In this document: positions 47,482 through 58,309 of the stretch, piece by piece
How positions within the stretch are numbered: position 1 is the stretch's first letter
Layout of the letters: each line of letters starts with the position of its first letter
From: an uncultured Clostridium sp.
Lineage (GTDB): Bacteria > Bacillota > Clostridia > TANB77 > CAG-508
DNA length: 64,000 nucleotides
Reading direction: 5' to 3'
NCBI GenBank assembly: GCA_946495655.1
Contig: CAMMDS010000006.1
Location: forward strand, 1,858-65,857
Translations under genes and position numbers: made by a program
Notes under the pieces: generated by a model
What the model was told of the DNA's origin: nothing
Databases searched by the model: none
What the model saw: the letters and a program-made list of their open reading frames with translations, nothing else

Positions 47482-47787
47482 TTATTTAATTTCTTCTTTT
47501 AAATTAATTCCGTCATTTAGTCCTGCTAGATAATACTTTTTGCATAAGTACCAACTCTCACGATTAACTGTTTCTATATAGTCCTCTAATTTTGTTTTGA
47601 TAGTCTCTTTTAACTGTTTAAAGTCTTTTGGCATTTTTTCTAACTCTGCCTCTAAAGAATCACGTCTTGCACTCCTATCAATGTTATGACCTTTGAAGAA
47701 AATTTTATCCTCACTAGTAAGACTTGCTAATTTTTCTTCTCTTGCTTTAAATATTATTTCTAACATTTTTCTTCTTTTCCTATCCAA
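47482..47787 (-). CDS. Hypothetical protein (101 aa)
   Basis: TTG start 9 nt after ggagg. Charged helical protein with no recognised motif. Confidence 0.4.
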   Translation of the reverse strand: MDRKRRKMLEIIFKAREEKLASLTSEDKIFFKGHNIDRSARRDSLEAELEKMPKDFKQLKETIKTKLEDYIETVNRESWYLCKKYYLAGLNDGINLKEEIK

Positions 47788-47900
47788 AATAATATCACCT
47801 CCACTTGGTGTGTGATATTAACTCTGTTTGAAATTTTATGCAAGTCCTTTCTCAAAAATTATTTGCATATAAGCTAGTCCAATCGAAATTACTATAATCC

Positions 47901-48488
47901 CTACCACTTTTTATATAAATAGTTCTCTTTATACCATTTAGCAAATTGGTCTTTCGCATCTCCCCAAAAAGTAGCTTCTCTTTCATAATCGATATCTCTT
48001 AATTCACTCAAAGTCATATTTTCACCATCTGGAATATAAAATTTATCATGCCAACGACCTTTTATTCCTCTTGATTCATATGCAATTGTTCCAGTTCCTC
48101 CACCTGAAAAAACTATTGATTTTTTTCCTGGTTCACAAAATGCAAAACAATGCTCTATTCTTGCTTTTCTGTTTTTTTCATTTTTAAATAACTCTAAAAA
48201 TTTTTCTATTCCTATCTGCTTATCAAAATAATGGTTATATGGTCCTGGTAATCCTCCCAATGCTTCTATATATAATCCACTATCAGATTTTAATACTGGT
48301 TTTTTTAATTTGTTTGCAGCATACTCAGCACTAAATGCTGCAACTTCCTTACAAGTCTTTGCTTGTATTTCTATTATTTCAAAGTCTGGATTAACTATTT
48401 CAATATTAAAGCCATATTTTTCTCCAAAAAACTTATTAGCTTCATTAACTTTGTTTTGGTTAGTTGTTAAATAGATTAATTTTTCCAT
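47901..48488 (-). CDS. Ham1/RdgB-family non-canonical NTP pyrophosphatase (paralogue 2)
   Basis: LIYLTTNQNKVNEANKFF, SDSGLYIEALGGLPGPYNHYF. Confidence 0.65.
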   Translation of the reverse strand: MEKLIYLTTNQNKVNEANKFFGEKYGFNIEIVNPDFEIIEIQAKTCKEVAAFSAEYAANKLKKPVLKSDSGLYIEALGGLPGPYNHYFDKQIGIEKFLELFKNEKNRKARIEHCFAFCEPGKKSIVFSGGGTGTIAYESRGIKGRWHDKFYIPDGENMTLSELRDIDYEREATFWGDAKDQFAKWYKENYLYKKW

Positions 48489-48701
48489 TTTCCCTCCTTA
48501 TTTTATTCATATCAGTTTGACTCTTCTTCCACATTATTAATTTTATCCCAACTAATTTATTGTAAATATATTTCATATTATCACTCCAAATTATTTTTTG
48601 CAACACAAAAACAAATGTTTTGATTGTCAATAATCTTCATATATTTATCTTTTATTATACTAATAAATTATCTATTGTTAAAATACAATACATATGATAG
48701 A

Positions 48702-49508
48702 ATGATTAAAAAAATAATGAATGGAGGAAAAACTATATGCGATTTCGGTATGCCCGCACTTGTTGAATTTTATTCACTTGAAGATAACATTGAATTGTGC
48801 CATAGACTTAATTTAGATTTTATAGAATTAAATTTAGATATTCCCTATTGTTTTTTAGAAAATTTGGATACCAAATTATTAAATAACAATAATTTTACTA
48901 TTCACCTATCAGAAAAATTTGATGTAGGTGAGCTTAATAGCTCTTTACGTGAACTCTATTTAAATGAAATAGAAAAAATAATATTCTTTGGAACAAAATT
49001 TAATATTTTTAAATATAATCTTCATCTCGATCCAGGTATTCATTTTTCATTACCTGACAAAAAAATATTTATCTATCAAGAATACCTAAGTGATTATTTA
49101 AAGGCTTATAAAAGTTCTTGTGATATTCTTTCAAATATAGCAAATAAATATAATGCTACTATTTTATTTGAAAATGTTAAAATAGAATCATATACCTTAA
49201 AAGCCATTGAAATAATTTCAAATTATGATAATTTATTTTTTACATTAGATTTGGGTCATAATATTAAGCATGGAAATGTTGCAAAAGAACAATTTTTAAA
49301 ATTCGAAAATAAAATTAGGCATATTCATTTACATGATTTTGACGGTTCAAAAGATCACCAAGAGTTATTTTCTGGAATACTTAATGTTAAAGAAGAATTA
49401 AATTTTTGTAGTAAGAATAACTTAGATGTAGTTATAGAGGTAAAACGTAAAGAAGAACTAGTTAACTCTGTTAATAAACTTAAAACAAATGGATATATTG
49501 CAAAATAG
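48702..49508 (+). CDS. Xylose-isomerase-like TIM-barrel protein (sugar phosphate isomerase/epimerase or AP-endonuclease-2 family)
   Basis: LNLDFIELNLD, LHLDPG, LFENV, DLGHN, HIHLHD. The start is uncertain (48702, 48717 or 48750). Confidence 0.55.
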   Translation: MIKKIMNGGKTICDFGMPALVEFYSLEDNIELCHRLNLDFIELNLDIPYCFLENLDTKLLNNNNFTIHLSEKFDVGELNSSLRELYLNEIEKIIFFGTKFNIFKYNLHLDPGIHFSLPDKKIFIYQEYLSDYLKAYKSSCDILSNIANKYNATILFENVKIESYTLKAIEIISNYDNLFFTLDLGHNIKHGNVAKEQFLKFENKIRHIHLHDFDGSKDHQELFSGILNVKEELNFCSKNNLDVVIEVKRKEELVNSVNKLKTNGYIAK

Positions 49509-49541
49509 GGAGACATCGTTTTTCTCCCTATTATTTATTTT

Positions 49542-50660
49542 TTATACTAAATTCTCTGGGTTTAGTGGCTTTAATTCCTCTAATACAAAAACTCCATTTT
49601 TTCTAATAAGAACATCATCAAACCAAATTTCTCCGCCACCATATTCTGGCGTCTGAATGCACACTATATCCCAATGAATGCTCGAACGATTTCCATTATC
49701 ACTCTCTTCTAAGCTATCTCCTGGTGTAAAATGAAAACTTCCCTTTATCTTCTCATCAAATAAAGTATCGCCTATAGGCTTTTCTATATATGGGTTTAAA
49801 CCTAAAGCAAATTCTCCAATATATCTGCTTCCTTCATCTGTATCTAAAATCTCATTAAGTTCTTTTGTTTTATTTGCCGTTGCTTTAATTATTTTTCCAT
49901 TTTCAAATTCAAACCTAATGTTATTAAATAATATTCCATTATACCTCGTTTCCGTATTATATGTTATATATCCATTTACACTTGTTTTCACTGGCGCTGT
50001 TGCAACTTCCCCATCTGGTATATTAAATATTCCCATATATTTCTCAGAAAGTATTCCATCTATACTAAATCTTAAATCTGTTCCTTCTCCTTTTATATGA
50101 ACATTTTTTGTTTTATTCATTAAATCGACCAAATTATCCATTGCTCTGGACATTTTATCATAATCCAATGTACAAACATTAAAATAAAAGTCTTCAAATT
50201 CTTCTGTATTCATATTGCTCATTTGCGCCATAGAAGCATTTGGATATCTTAATATACACCATTTGGTATTTTTTACCCTTTCTTCAAAATGCACTGGTAA
50301 TGTATAATATTTATTATATAGCTCCATTTTCTCTTTTGGAATTCCATTTAATTCTGCAGTATTTGTACTAGCTCTTACTCCAATATATACATCCATATCC
50401 TTCATTCTCTGCAAATCATGTTTTCCATAAATTTGTATTTGCTCTTCTGTTGCATTTATGAGCATTTCTCGTATTATTTCATGATCTAGTATATTAAAGA
50501 ATGGAAGTGCACCTATTCCTTCTGCTTGCCTTATTAATTCTTTACCTAAAGGAATAGCGTCCATTCCAATTATTTCTATTAAGATTTTTTCATTTTTTTG
50601 TAATTTAACAGAATGATTTAATAAATTGCTAGCTAATCTCTCTATTCTTATATCTTTCAT
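49542..50660 (-). CDS. M29-family aminopeptidase (AmpS/PepS-like)
   Basis: MKDIRIERLASNLLNHSVKLQKNEKILIE N-terminus, GEFALGLNP, HFTPG...IHWDIV. Confidence 0.75.
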   Translation of the reverse strand: MKDIRIERLASNLLNHSVKLQKNEKILIEIIGMDAIPLGKELIRQAEGIGALPFFNILDHEIIREMLINATEEQIQIYGKHDLQRMKDMDVYIGVRASTNTAELNGIPKEKMELYNKYYTLPVHFEERVKNTKWCILRYPNASMAQMSNMNTEEFEDFYFNVCTLDYDKMSRAMDNLVDLMNKTKNVHIKGEGTDLRFSIDGILSEKYMGIFNIPDGEVATAPVKTSVNGYITYNTETRYNGILFNNIRFEFENGKIIKATANKTKELNEILDTDEGSRYIGEFALGLNPYIEKPIGDTLFDEKIKGSFHFTPGDSLEESDNGNRSSIHWDIVCIQTPEYGGGEIWFDDVLIRKNGVFVLEELKPLNPENLV

Positions 50661-50848
50661 CTTCCACCTCTATCTACTTAAAAACAATACCTATGTGTTA
50701 TTCTTTTTATACCAATCTGCAAATACTTTTAAAGCACTAACTGAACCATCTTTCTTTCTTCTTTCTTCTCTTTCAATCGAATCCATCTCAGCTAATGTTT
50801 TATTAAAATTTTCTGGAATAAATACATACCATAAATCAGACCATTTTT

Positions 50849-51388
50849 TTAAACATACCTCTTCTCTTCCAAAATATTTCCATCTATATCTTTTAAAAAT
50901 ACTTTTTCTTCATCAATAATCAAATAGCTGTTTTTAGTATTATTCTTAGGAAGTGTAATTGATCCAGCATTTACGAATATTATACCTTCTTTCTCTTTTA
51001 TAAAGCCAGTATGAAAATGTCCATATACAAGCATATCAATTCTTTCATTTGGTAAATTATCCATGTTATATTTATGTCCATGAGTAAAGAATATTTTTTT
51101 ACCACTCATCTCTAAAACTAAGTTTTCCTCTATTTTAAATTCTGATATAGTTTGATCTACCTCTGCGTCGCAATTTCCTCTTACTGCTAAGATTTCTTCT
51201 TTATATGAATTCAAAATTTCAGCAACTCTCTTTGGCTCATATTCTTTTGGTAATGGATTTCTTGGTCCATGATAATATAAATCTCCAAGTAGTATAATCT
51301 TATCTGGTTTTTCTTCATTTATTATATTATCCAATTTTTCAGTATAATATCTTGACCCATGAATATCTGATACTATTAGATATTTCAT
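50849..51388 (-). CDS. YfcE/MJ0936-family metallophosphoesterase
   Basis: VSDIHGS, LGDLYYHG, RGNCD, FTHGH, GHFH. Confidence 0.8.
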   Translation of the reverse strand: MKYLIVSDIHGSRYYTEKLDNIINEEKPDKIILLGDLYYHGPRNPLPKEYEPKRVAEILNSYKEEILAVRGNCDAEVDQTISEFKIEENLVLEMSGKKIFFTHGHKYNMDNLPNERIDMLVYGHFHTGFIKEKEGIIFVNAGSITLPKNNTKNSYLIIDEEKVFLKDIDGNILEEKRYV

Positions 51389-51483
51389 ATTTTTAGCTCC
51401 TTTCTATATAAATTTATTTTAATATACCTCATGTAGTCCTTTCCACATGAGGCATATTACATATTTTTTAATTACATAAAACA

Positions 51484-53070
51484 TTATATTCTTGTAAAAA
51501 GTGGTTCAATATTTTCTAATTTTAAACCTTTCTCTGGTTCTATTAAGCTCCAGCTTTTTTCATTTATTTGTAAATAGTTACGAATCTTTTGACATGCATT
51601 TGGCATAAATGGTTCAAAAATATTAGCTAAATTTGCTATAATAACTGAACACGTATAAATTGTATTATTAAACTCTTCTATATTTTCTTTTTTCTGAATC
51701 CATGGCTTTTGCTCGTCATAATATTTATTTGCAGTTTCCACAAGATCCATTGCTATATCTGATGCTTCCTTAAATTCCAATTTCTCAATACTTTCTCCAA
51801 CCAATTTATATGTTTCTTCTATTTTTTCTTTTATATTAGAATCTAATTTTCCATCTGGAATTTCTTCTAATTCTTTAAATTTCAATGTTCTATTAACTAA
51901 ATTTCCAAATTTATTTAATAATTCTCCGTTGTTTGTAGCAATCAATGAATCTATAGTAAAATTAGAATCTTTTTTCTCTGGACCATTATTTATTAAATGG
52001 AAACGTAATGGATCTACTCCATATTGTTCTACTAGTTCTATTGCAGGGATACCATTTCCTTTACTTTTTGAAATTTTCTCATCATTTATATTTAAGTATT
52101 CTGATGAAACAATTGTATTTACAAGATGATAATTTTCTTTCATTGCCAAAAGCAAGCTATTTAAAATAATGCTGTGGAAAACAATATTATCTTTTCCATG
52201 AACCATATATATAGTTGGGTTATATTCTTCTTTCCAAAATTCTTCCCAATTCTGCCCTGTTTCTTCGCATTTTTTCATTGTAGCTGTAATATATCCTAAT
52301 ACTGCCTCTATCCATACATACATTTTCTTACTTTCATAACCTTCAAGTGGTATATCAACACCCCAGTCAAGGTCTCTCGTTACGGCTCTATCTACCAAGC
52401 CCTGGCTTAAATATTTATTTGTTTCATTCTTAGCATTGACTCTCCATAAAGTATCGTTTTCTTTAACATAGTTTTCTATATCTCTTTGGAATTTAGATAA
52501 TTCTAAATATAGATTCTTATTGTCTCTTAGAACTATTTTTGAGCCACATTCTAAACAAATTCCATCCTTCATATCTTCTATAGTAGGAACATATTGGCAA
52601 TTATCACATTGCTCAGCTTTAGTAGTTTGTCCACATTTTGGACAACTTATTTGCAATTCTCTATCTGATAAAAATTTATTACATTTTTCACAAAAAGCTT
52701 GTGGCTCAATTTTCTCATATATATATCCATTATCATATATTTTTTTAAAAATTCTCATTACTTCTTGTTTATGAAATTCTGTATCAGTATTAGTATATAA
52801 ATCATATGAAAAGTCAAACTTTTCTAATGTTTCTTTATCTCTTTTATGATAATACTCTGCTATGTCTTTTGGATTTTTATGTTCTTTTTTTGCTCTTTCT
52901 GTTATTGGTGTTCCATGGCAATCAGTTCCAGAAACGAACATCACATTATATCCTTTTGCTCTAAAATATCTTGCAAGGATATCTCCTGAAATAAGACCTG
53001 CTATATGTCCTAAATGCAAATCACTATTAGCATATGGCCATGCTCCACCTATCAATATGTTTTTGCTCAT
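51484..53070 (-). CDS. metG: Methionyl-tRNA synthetase (short form, no C-terminal tRNA-binding domain)
   Basis: HLGHI (HIGH), zinc knuckles CPKCG..CDNC and CLECG, and KISKSKGN (KMSKS). Start ATG 53070, 9 nt after aaagga. Confidence 0.92.
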   Translation of the reverse strand: MSKNILIGGAWPYANSDLHLGHIAGLISGDILARYFRAKGYNVMFVSGTDCHGTPITERAKKEHKNPKDIAEYYHKRDKETLEKFDFSYDLYTNTDTEFHKQEVMRIFKKIYDNGYIYEKIEPQAFCEKCNKFLSDRELQISCPKCGQTTKAEQCDNCQYVPTIEDMKDGICLECGSKIVLRDNKNLYLELSKFQRDIENYVKENDTLWRVNAKNETNKYLSQGLVDRAVTRDLDWGVDIPLEGYESKKMYVWIEAVLGYITATMKKCEETGQNWEEFWKEEYNPTIYMVHGKDNIVFHSIILNSLLLAMKENYHLVNTIVSSEYLNINDEKISKSKGNGIPAIELVEQYGVDPLRFHLINNGPEKKDSNFTIDSLIATNNGELLNKFGNLVNRTLKFKELEEIPDGKLDSNIKEKIEETYKLVGESIEKLEFKEASDIAMDLVETANKYYDEQKPWIQKKENIEEFNNTIYTCSVIIANLANIFEPFMPNACQKIRNYLQINEKSWSLIEPEKGLKLENIEPLFTRI

Positions 53071-53154
53071 AAAACTCATTCCTTTCTTATTGTAAAACAA
53101 ATAAATATAGATAATAAAAGATGTTTAAAAATATTAAAATATCATATTATGAAT

Positions 53155-53186
53155 TATAGCAAAGTAATGAGAGTTACTTTGCTATA
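53155..53186. terminator. Hairpin downstream of the 112-aa membrane protein gene
   Basis: tatagcaaagtaa-tgagag-ttactttgctata is a 13-bp stem. Confidence 0.5.
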
Positions 53187-53196
53187 ATTCTTTATT

Positions 53197-53535
53197 TTAA
53201 ACTTTATCCCAAAACCAATCTAAACTATTGTCTATGCTTTTTTTCTTTTTAACTTTTGCCTCAATATCATCTATCCACAAATAGGATATAAATGAAAGAA
53301 GTACAAAAATCAAATCAAATACCATTGTAAATACCAAATCAGAAGTTATTTCTTCTGCCAAACCTGCTCCTGTAATATACATAACTGTATGTGTTACCAA
53401 CAACGCAACAAATATAAAAAGCATTACAGCAGTAATTACACTTCTTTTTGTTTCTTTTGATAGTATCAACACTAATACGAATAATAATGCCACTATTAAA
53501 AGTGTTAATGGATTTGTGAAATTTATCATTGGCAT
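53197..53535 (-). CDS. Small membrane protein (3 TM helices), hypothetical
   Basis: RBS gggagg 7 nt before the ATG. Hydrophobic helices and a KKKK tail. Confidence 0.45.
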   Translation of the reverse strand: MPMINFTNPLTLLIVALLFVLVLILSKETKRSVITAVMLFIFVALLVTHTVMYITGAGLAEEITSDLVFTMVFDLIFVLLSFISYLWIDDIEAKVKKKKSIDNSLDWFWDKV

Positions 53536-53558
53536 ATTAAAACCTCCCTTTATATTAA

Positions 53559-54923
53559 TTAATTTAATTTCTCCTCAATTAATTTTGCAAGTTCTTTTGC
53601 TTTTGTTCCAATATATTCTTTATCAGTACCTTCAATCATAACCCTTACCAATGGTTCTGTTCCAGAAGGTCTAATTAAAACTCTTCCATTTTCTGAAAAT
53701 TCTTTTTCTAGTTTTTCTATTTCTTTCTTTATTTCTTCATCTTTATCATAATCATATTTTTTCTCACTTGATACTTTTGCATTTACTAAAACTTGTGGAT
53801 ATATATTTATTATATCACAAACTTTAGAAGCTGAAACATTTTTTTCTAAAATTATTTTTGTAAGCATTAAAGATGTTAAAATTCCATCTCCTGTAGGATT
53901 ATAATCTAACATAATTATGTGTCCTGATTGTTCTCCTCCTAAATTATAACCCTCTTTTAACATTTTTTCAAGTACATATCTGTCTCCAACTTTTGTTTCT
54001 TCAAAATTAATATTATTTTCTTGTGCATATTTTTTTAGACCCAAATTACTCATTACTGTTGCAACTAAAGTATTTTTATTTAATTTACCTTTTTCTTTCA
54101 TATAATTAGATATAACAGCAAGGATAATATCTCCATCAATTTCGTTTCCATTTTCATCTACTGCTAAACATCTGTCTCCATCCCCATCATAAGCTATACC
54201 CAAATTACATTTATTTTCTACCACATATTTCTTTAATACGTCAAGATGTGTTGAACCACAATTATCATTTATATTTGTTCCATTTGGTGTATTATTTAAA
54301 ATATAGTGCTTTATGCCAAGGGCTGAAAATACTTTTTCAGCAACTACAGAGGTTGCTCCATTAGCAGTATCTATAGCCACAACAAAGTTTGACATATCTA
54401 ATTTTTCAAAATCTTCTTCAAAATTCTTTCTGAAGAAATACACATATTCATCTAATAAGTCTGTACGAATTTCTGATACTCCTATTTTTTCATTTACAGC
54501 TGAAAAATCGTCTAGTTTTCCAGAGTCCATTACTTCTTCTATTTCTTCTTCTAATTCATCAGGAATTTTCATTCCTTTATTACTAAAATATTTCACACCA
54601 TTAAATTCATATGTATTATGTGATGCTGAAATAACAACACTAGCATCTGCTTTTAATTTTTTAGTAAGATATGCAACTCCAGGAGTTGGAAGTACTCCTA
54701 ATATTTTTACATTTGCTCCATAGCTTAAAAATCCTGCTACCATTGCACTCTCAATTAATGTTCCTGAAATACGAGTGTCTCTTCCTATTAAAATTGTAGG
54801 TGTATGATCAGTATGTTTTGATAAAACATATGCACCTGCTTTTGCAACTCTATATACTAAATTAGGTGATAATTCAGTATTAGCAATTCTTCTAATTCCA
54901 TCTGTTCCAAAATATTTTCTCAT
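53559..54923 (-). CDS. glmM: Phosphoglucosamine mutase
   Basis: MRKYFGTDGIRRIAN, ISASHNTYEFNGVK, DGDGDRC, GGEQSGH. Confidence 0.92.
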   Translation of the reverse strand: MRKYFGTDGIRRIANTELSPNLVYRVAKAGAYVLSKHTDHTPTILIGRDTRISGTLIESAMVAGFLSYGANVKILGVLPTPGVAYLTKKLKADASVVISASHNTYEFNGVKYFSNKGMKIPDELEEEIEEVMDSGKLDDFSAVNEKIGVSEIRTDLLDEYVYFFRKNFEEDFEKLDMSNFVVAIDTANGATSVVAEKVFSALGIKHYILNNTPNGTNINDNCGSTHLDVLKKYVVENKCNLGIAYDGDGDRCLAVDENGNEIDGDIILAVISNYMKEKGKLNKNTLVATVMSNLGLKKYAQENNINFEETKVGDRYVLEKMLKEGYNLGGEQSGHIIMLDYNPTGDGILTSLMLTKIILEKNVSASKVCDIINIYPQVLVNAKVSSEKKYDYDKDEEIKKEIEKLEKEFSENGRVLIRPSGTEPLVRVMIEGTDKEYIGTKAKELAKLIEEKLN

Positions 54924-55065
54924 ACTTTTACCTCTTTCTTTTTTTGTTATTCATTTCTTATTATAATAAATTATATGATAAAACATATTATACTATATAT
55001 TATAAAATATTCAAGTATTTGTGTGATATTATTCTTCAGTTTTATTTGATATTTATAATTACTAT

Positions 55066-56523
55066 TTAATTTCCGCAAAACAAAAGTACATCTCCATCTA
55101 TTGCAATTTGATCTTTTGAAAATCCATCCCACTCTTTGCCTGCAAAGTATTTCATAAATTGTTCATATGTAACCTTTTCAAAACTCATTTTTCTTCCAGT
55201 ATAAAATATTATTGCTTCTCTAGCAGCCCATGAAGTCAAAGCACTTTGAGTCATATCACCAACTTCAATAAATCCTGGATAATATTCCCTGCCGCCTTCT
55301 CGTAATACAACTGCTATTTTATTTACTTCTATATTATTCTCTTTTTCGTATTCAGTTATTACTTCGTTAATTATTTCACAATTTTTCTCGTCTAATTTAT
55401 TAACCATAATATGCTGATATGTAATTATTAAATATACTGCAAAATTTAGTACAAAAACTATAGAAATAAAAACATATGCTAATGTTTTTAAATATTTATT
55501 AGATTTTTGAACCATATATAGTATAAATAATAAAGAGATACCTATTGTTGTTCCAAATGCCATACATATACGTGGCTCCATATCAAGACCTGACCCGATA
55601 ATTGTTGGTGTTATGCATATTCCAATTGATGCAATAATTATAAATAAATAGCTTAATAATAATTTGATTTTATCTTTTTTTGCAAAACAGATGCAAATAA
55701 CTGTAAATAATATTATTCCTATATGTACATAAGACGGTATTACATCTAATGAATCTATAACTAATATTTTAATGCGGTTTAACAAATCCGCAAAATCAAA
55801 ATCTAAGAAACTTACTCTTATTCTTGTAGCTGCAAATAAAACATTTGAGTATATTATTGTTAAAAGCATTGAAAATCCATATATTAGTGCTACTTTTATT
55901 ATATTTACTATATTTTCTTTTAGATTATCTTTTTCAAATAACAAAAAATATGTAACAGCTAGCATTGGAAATATCGCAATTGATCCTTGATAGCAAAATG
56001 CTGCAATTATCATTATGATGCATGATTTTATATAACCATATTTTTCTTTATTTATTATAACTCCAAATGCTAGTACACTTAGCAATATACCTAAAGCTAA
56101 CATAAAACTTTCTAAATAATAAATATATTCTATTGATAAGTAGTTATAAATTATAATAAATGATATCAAAATTAGCATTATATTAAATATTTTACTATTT
56201 TCTGCTAACTTACTTTTAAACATTTTATATATAATAACAACTGAGCAAGATAAGAAAATTAATGCAAGTATAAGTGATAATATCATATAAACTTCAATTG
56301 GCATATTAACCATATCTGCTAGCACTGTTAGTATTGCAGTAAATGGTCTTCCATCTTGTAGAAATCTTTCGTATGAATGGTGAGTCAATCCATCTCTAAT
56401 TATTTTATAAGTATCATGTGGATAATGAGGTCTTAAGAATGCCGAACACATTATCAAAGATATAATTAATATTACCAAAAATGTTAAAATATCTTTCTTA
56501 TGTTCTTTTATTTTTTCTATCAT
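55066..56523 (-). CDS. Polytopic membrane protein, glycosyltransferase-like (GtrII/ArnT-like topology), function uncertain
   Basis: About 12 TM helices, the N-terminal loop FLRPHYPHDTYKI...RPFTA, and a soluble C-terminal domain. The family assignment is from pattern memory only. Confidence 0.35.
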   Translation of the reverse strand: MIEKIKEHKKDILTFLVILIISLIMCSAFLRPHYPHDTYKIIRDGLTHHSYERFLQDGRPFTAILTVLADMVNMPIEVYMILSLILALIFLSCSVVIIYKMFKSKLAENSKIFNIMLILISFIIIYNYLSIEYIYYLESFMLALGILLSVLAFGVIINKEKYGYIKSCIIMIIAAFCYQGSIAIFPMLAVTYFLLFEKDNLKENIVNIIKVALIYGFSMLLTIIYSNVLFAATRIRVSFLDFDFADLLNRIKILVIDSLDVIPSYVHIGIILFTVICICFAKKDKIKLLLSYLFIIIASIGICITPTIIGSGLDMEPRICMAFGTTIGISLLFILYMVQKSNKYLKTLAYVFISIVFVLNFAVYLIITYQHIMVNKLDEKNCEIINEVITEYEKENNIEVNKIAVVLREGGREYYPGFIEVGDMTQSALTSWAAREAIIFYTGRKMSFEKVTYEQFMKYFAGKEWDGFSKDQIAIDGDVLLFCGN

Positions 56524-56576
56524 TTTTTATTTCTCCCCTTGTTTCTTCTATTAATTAATCTATTTGCTTTTGATTT

Positions 56577-58280
56577 CTACATCTTGTCCGGCATTTGTAT
56601 TCCTAAAAGTCCAGCACCTGTTTTTAAAATTATATTAGTACAATATGTTAAATAAATTCTTGCATTTTGTGTATCTTTATCATCACAAATTATTTTGTTT
56701 TCATTATAGAAACTACTAAATAATTGAGCTACATTTATTAAATATCTTGATATAATATATGGTTCATTTTTTTCTGCTGCTTGTTTAATATAATCATTAA
56801 ATGAATACATCTCTTTTATCAAGTTGATAGAAGTACTATCTTGTAAAAGTGAAATGTTTACATCTGAAACATTTGGGATTCTTTCTATTTTTTCTAATAT
56901 ACTATTCGTACGTACATACATGTATTGTAAATATGGTCCTGTTTCGCCATTGAAGTTAAGCATTGTATCCCAATCAAATATTTCGTCTTTTATTCTACTA
57001 TTATATAAATCATTAAATATTACAGCACCAATACCTACTTTTTTTGCAACATCTTCTTTATTTTCTAAGTTTGGATTTTTCTCTTCAATGATTTTTTTCA
57101 CCCTTGAGATTGCTTCATTTAATAATTCTTCTAATTTAATTACATTTCCATCACGTGTCGAGAATTTTCCTGTTTTTGATAGTACCATTCCAAAAGGAAT
57201 GTGTATTAAATTGTCAGTATATTTTTTGTCTAATCCTAATAATTTTGCAGTTTCAAAAACTTGTTTAAAATGAAGTATTTGCTCATATGATGTTACATAA
57301 AGTGCTTTATCAAAATCATATGTTCTTGCTCTATACATTATAGCTGCTAAATCACGTGTTGCATATGTGGTTGAGCCATTTGTTTTTTCTATTATACAAG
57401 GAGGCATATCATCTTTATCTAAGTTTATAACTCGAGCTCCTTCTGATTCAACTAATTTACCACTTTTTTCTAATATTTGTATTACCTCAGGCATTTTGTC
57501 TGAATAAAAAGCTTCTCCATTCCATGAATCAAATTGCACGTCTAATAAATCATATACTTTTTGGAATTCTTTTAAGCTTAAATCTCTAAATTTTTGCCAT
57601 AATTCTGTACAATACGAATCTCCATCTTCTAGTTTTTTAAAATTATTTCTACACTCTTCTAAAACACTTTCATCTTCTTTACATAAATTATTTATACGAA
57701 TATATATTTTTGTAAGTTCATCGATTGGATTTTCTTCTATGTTATATTCATTTCCCCATCTTTTATATCCTTCAATAAGTTTTCCAAATTGAGTACCATA
57801 ATCTCCTAGATGATTTATTCCAACTACATTATATCCTAAAAATTTATATATTTTATATAAAGAACTTCCTATAACTGTAGAACGTAAATGTCCTATATGG
57901 AATGGCTTTGCAATATTAGGAGAAGAATAATCTATTACTACAGTTTTATTTTCTCCTATATTACTACTTCCATATTTTTCTTTATTATTAGCAACTTCGT
58001 CAAATACTGTTTTAATTAATGTTTGAGGATTTAAATAAAAGTTTAAATATCCATTTACTACTTCTATTTTTGATACAATATCTTCTGAAATACCCAATTT
58101 TTCTTTTATTTCATTTGCTATCATTTGTGGTGCTTTTTTCATCTCTTTTGCAAGTTTAAAACATGGAAGAGAATAATCCCCCATTTCTTTATTTGAAGGC
58201 ACTTCTATATATTCTCCAATGTTTTCAATATTTGTTACCTTGTTTAATTCGTCTGCTATTATATTTTTAAAGTCTAACAT
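56577..58280 (-). CDS. argS: Arginyl-tRNA synthetase
   Basis: Arg_tRNA_synt_N region, SSPNIAKPFHIGHLRST, and a DALR anticodon-binding C-terminus. Start ATG 58280 follows gggag. Confidence 0.92.
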   Translation of the reverse strand: MLDFKNIIADELNKVTNIENIGEYIEVPSNKEMGDYSLPCFKLAKEMKKAPQMIANEIKEKLGISEDIVSKIEVVNGYLNFYLNPQTLIKTVFDEVANNKEKYGSSNIGENKTVVIDYSSPNIAKPFHIGHLRSTVIGSSLYKIYKFLGYNVVGINHLGDYGTQFGKLIEGYKRWGNEYNIEENPIDELTKIYIRINNLCKEDESVLEECRNNFKKLEDGDSYCTELWQKFRDLSLKEFQKVYDLLDVQFDSWNGEAFYSDKMPEVIQILEKSGKLVESEGARVINLDKDDMPPCIIEKTNGSTTYATRDLAAIMYRARTYDFDKALYVTSYEQILHFKQVFETAKLLGLDKKYTDNLIHIPFGMVLSKTGKFSTRDGNVIKLEELLNEAISRVKKIIEEKNPNLENKEDVAKKVGIGAVIFNDLYNSRIKDEIFDWDTMLNFNGETGPYLQYMYVRTNSILEKIERIPNVSDVNISLLQDSTSINLIKEMYSFNDYIKQAAEKNEPYIISRYLINVAQLFSSFYNENKIICDDKDTQNARIYLTYCTNIILKTGAGLLGIQMPDKM

Positions 58281-58309
58281 TATTTTCTCCCTTCTTTGCA
58301 CAAAATTCA

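Noticed and set aside
50626-50919. 97-aa + strand ORF between the aminopeptidase and yfcE genes
   Set aside because: It is antisense to the ends of two supported genes and to the candidate small minus-strand ORF. Low complexity and no RBS.
53071-53196. T-box leader upstream of metG
   Set aside because: The spacer is only 126 nt. It consists of a terminator hairpin for the upstream gene plus an AT-rich promoter region. No specifier-loop or T-box consensus is visible.
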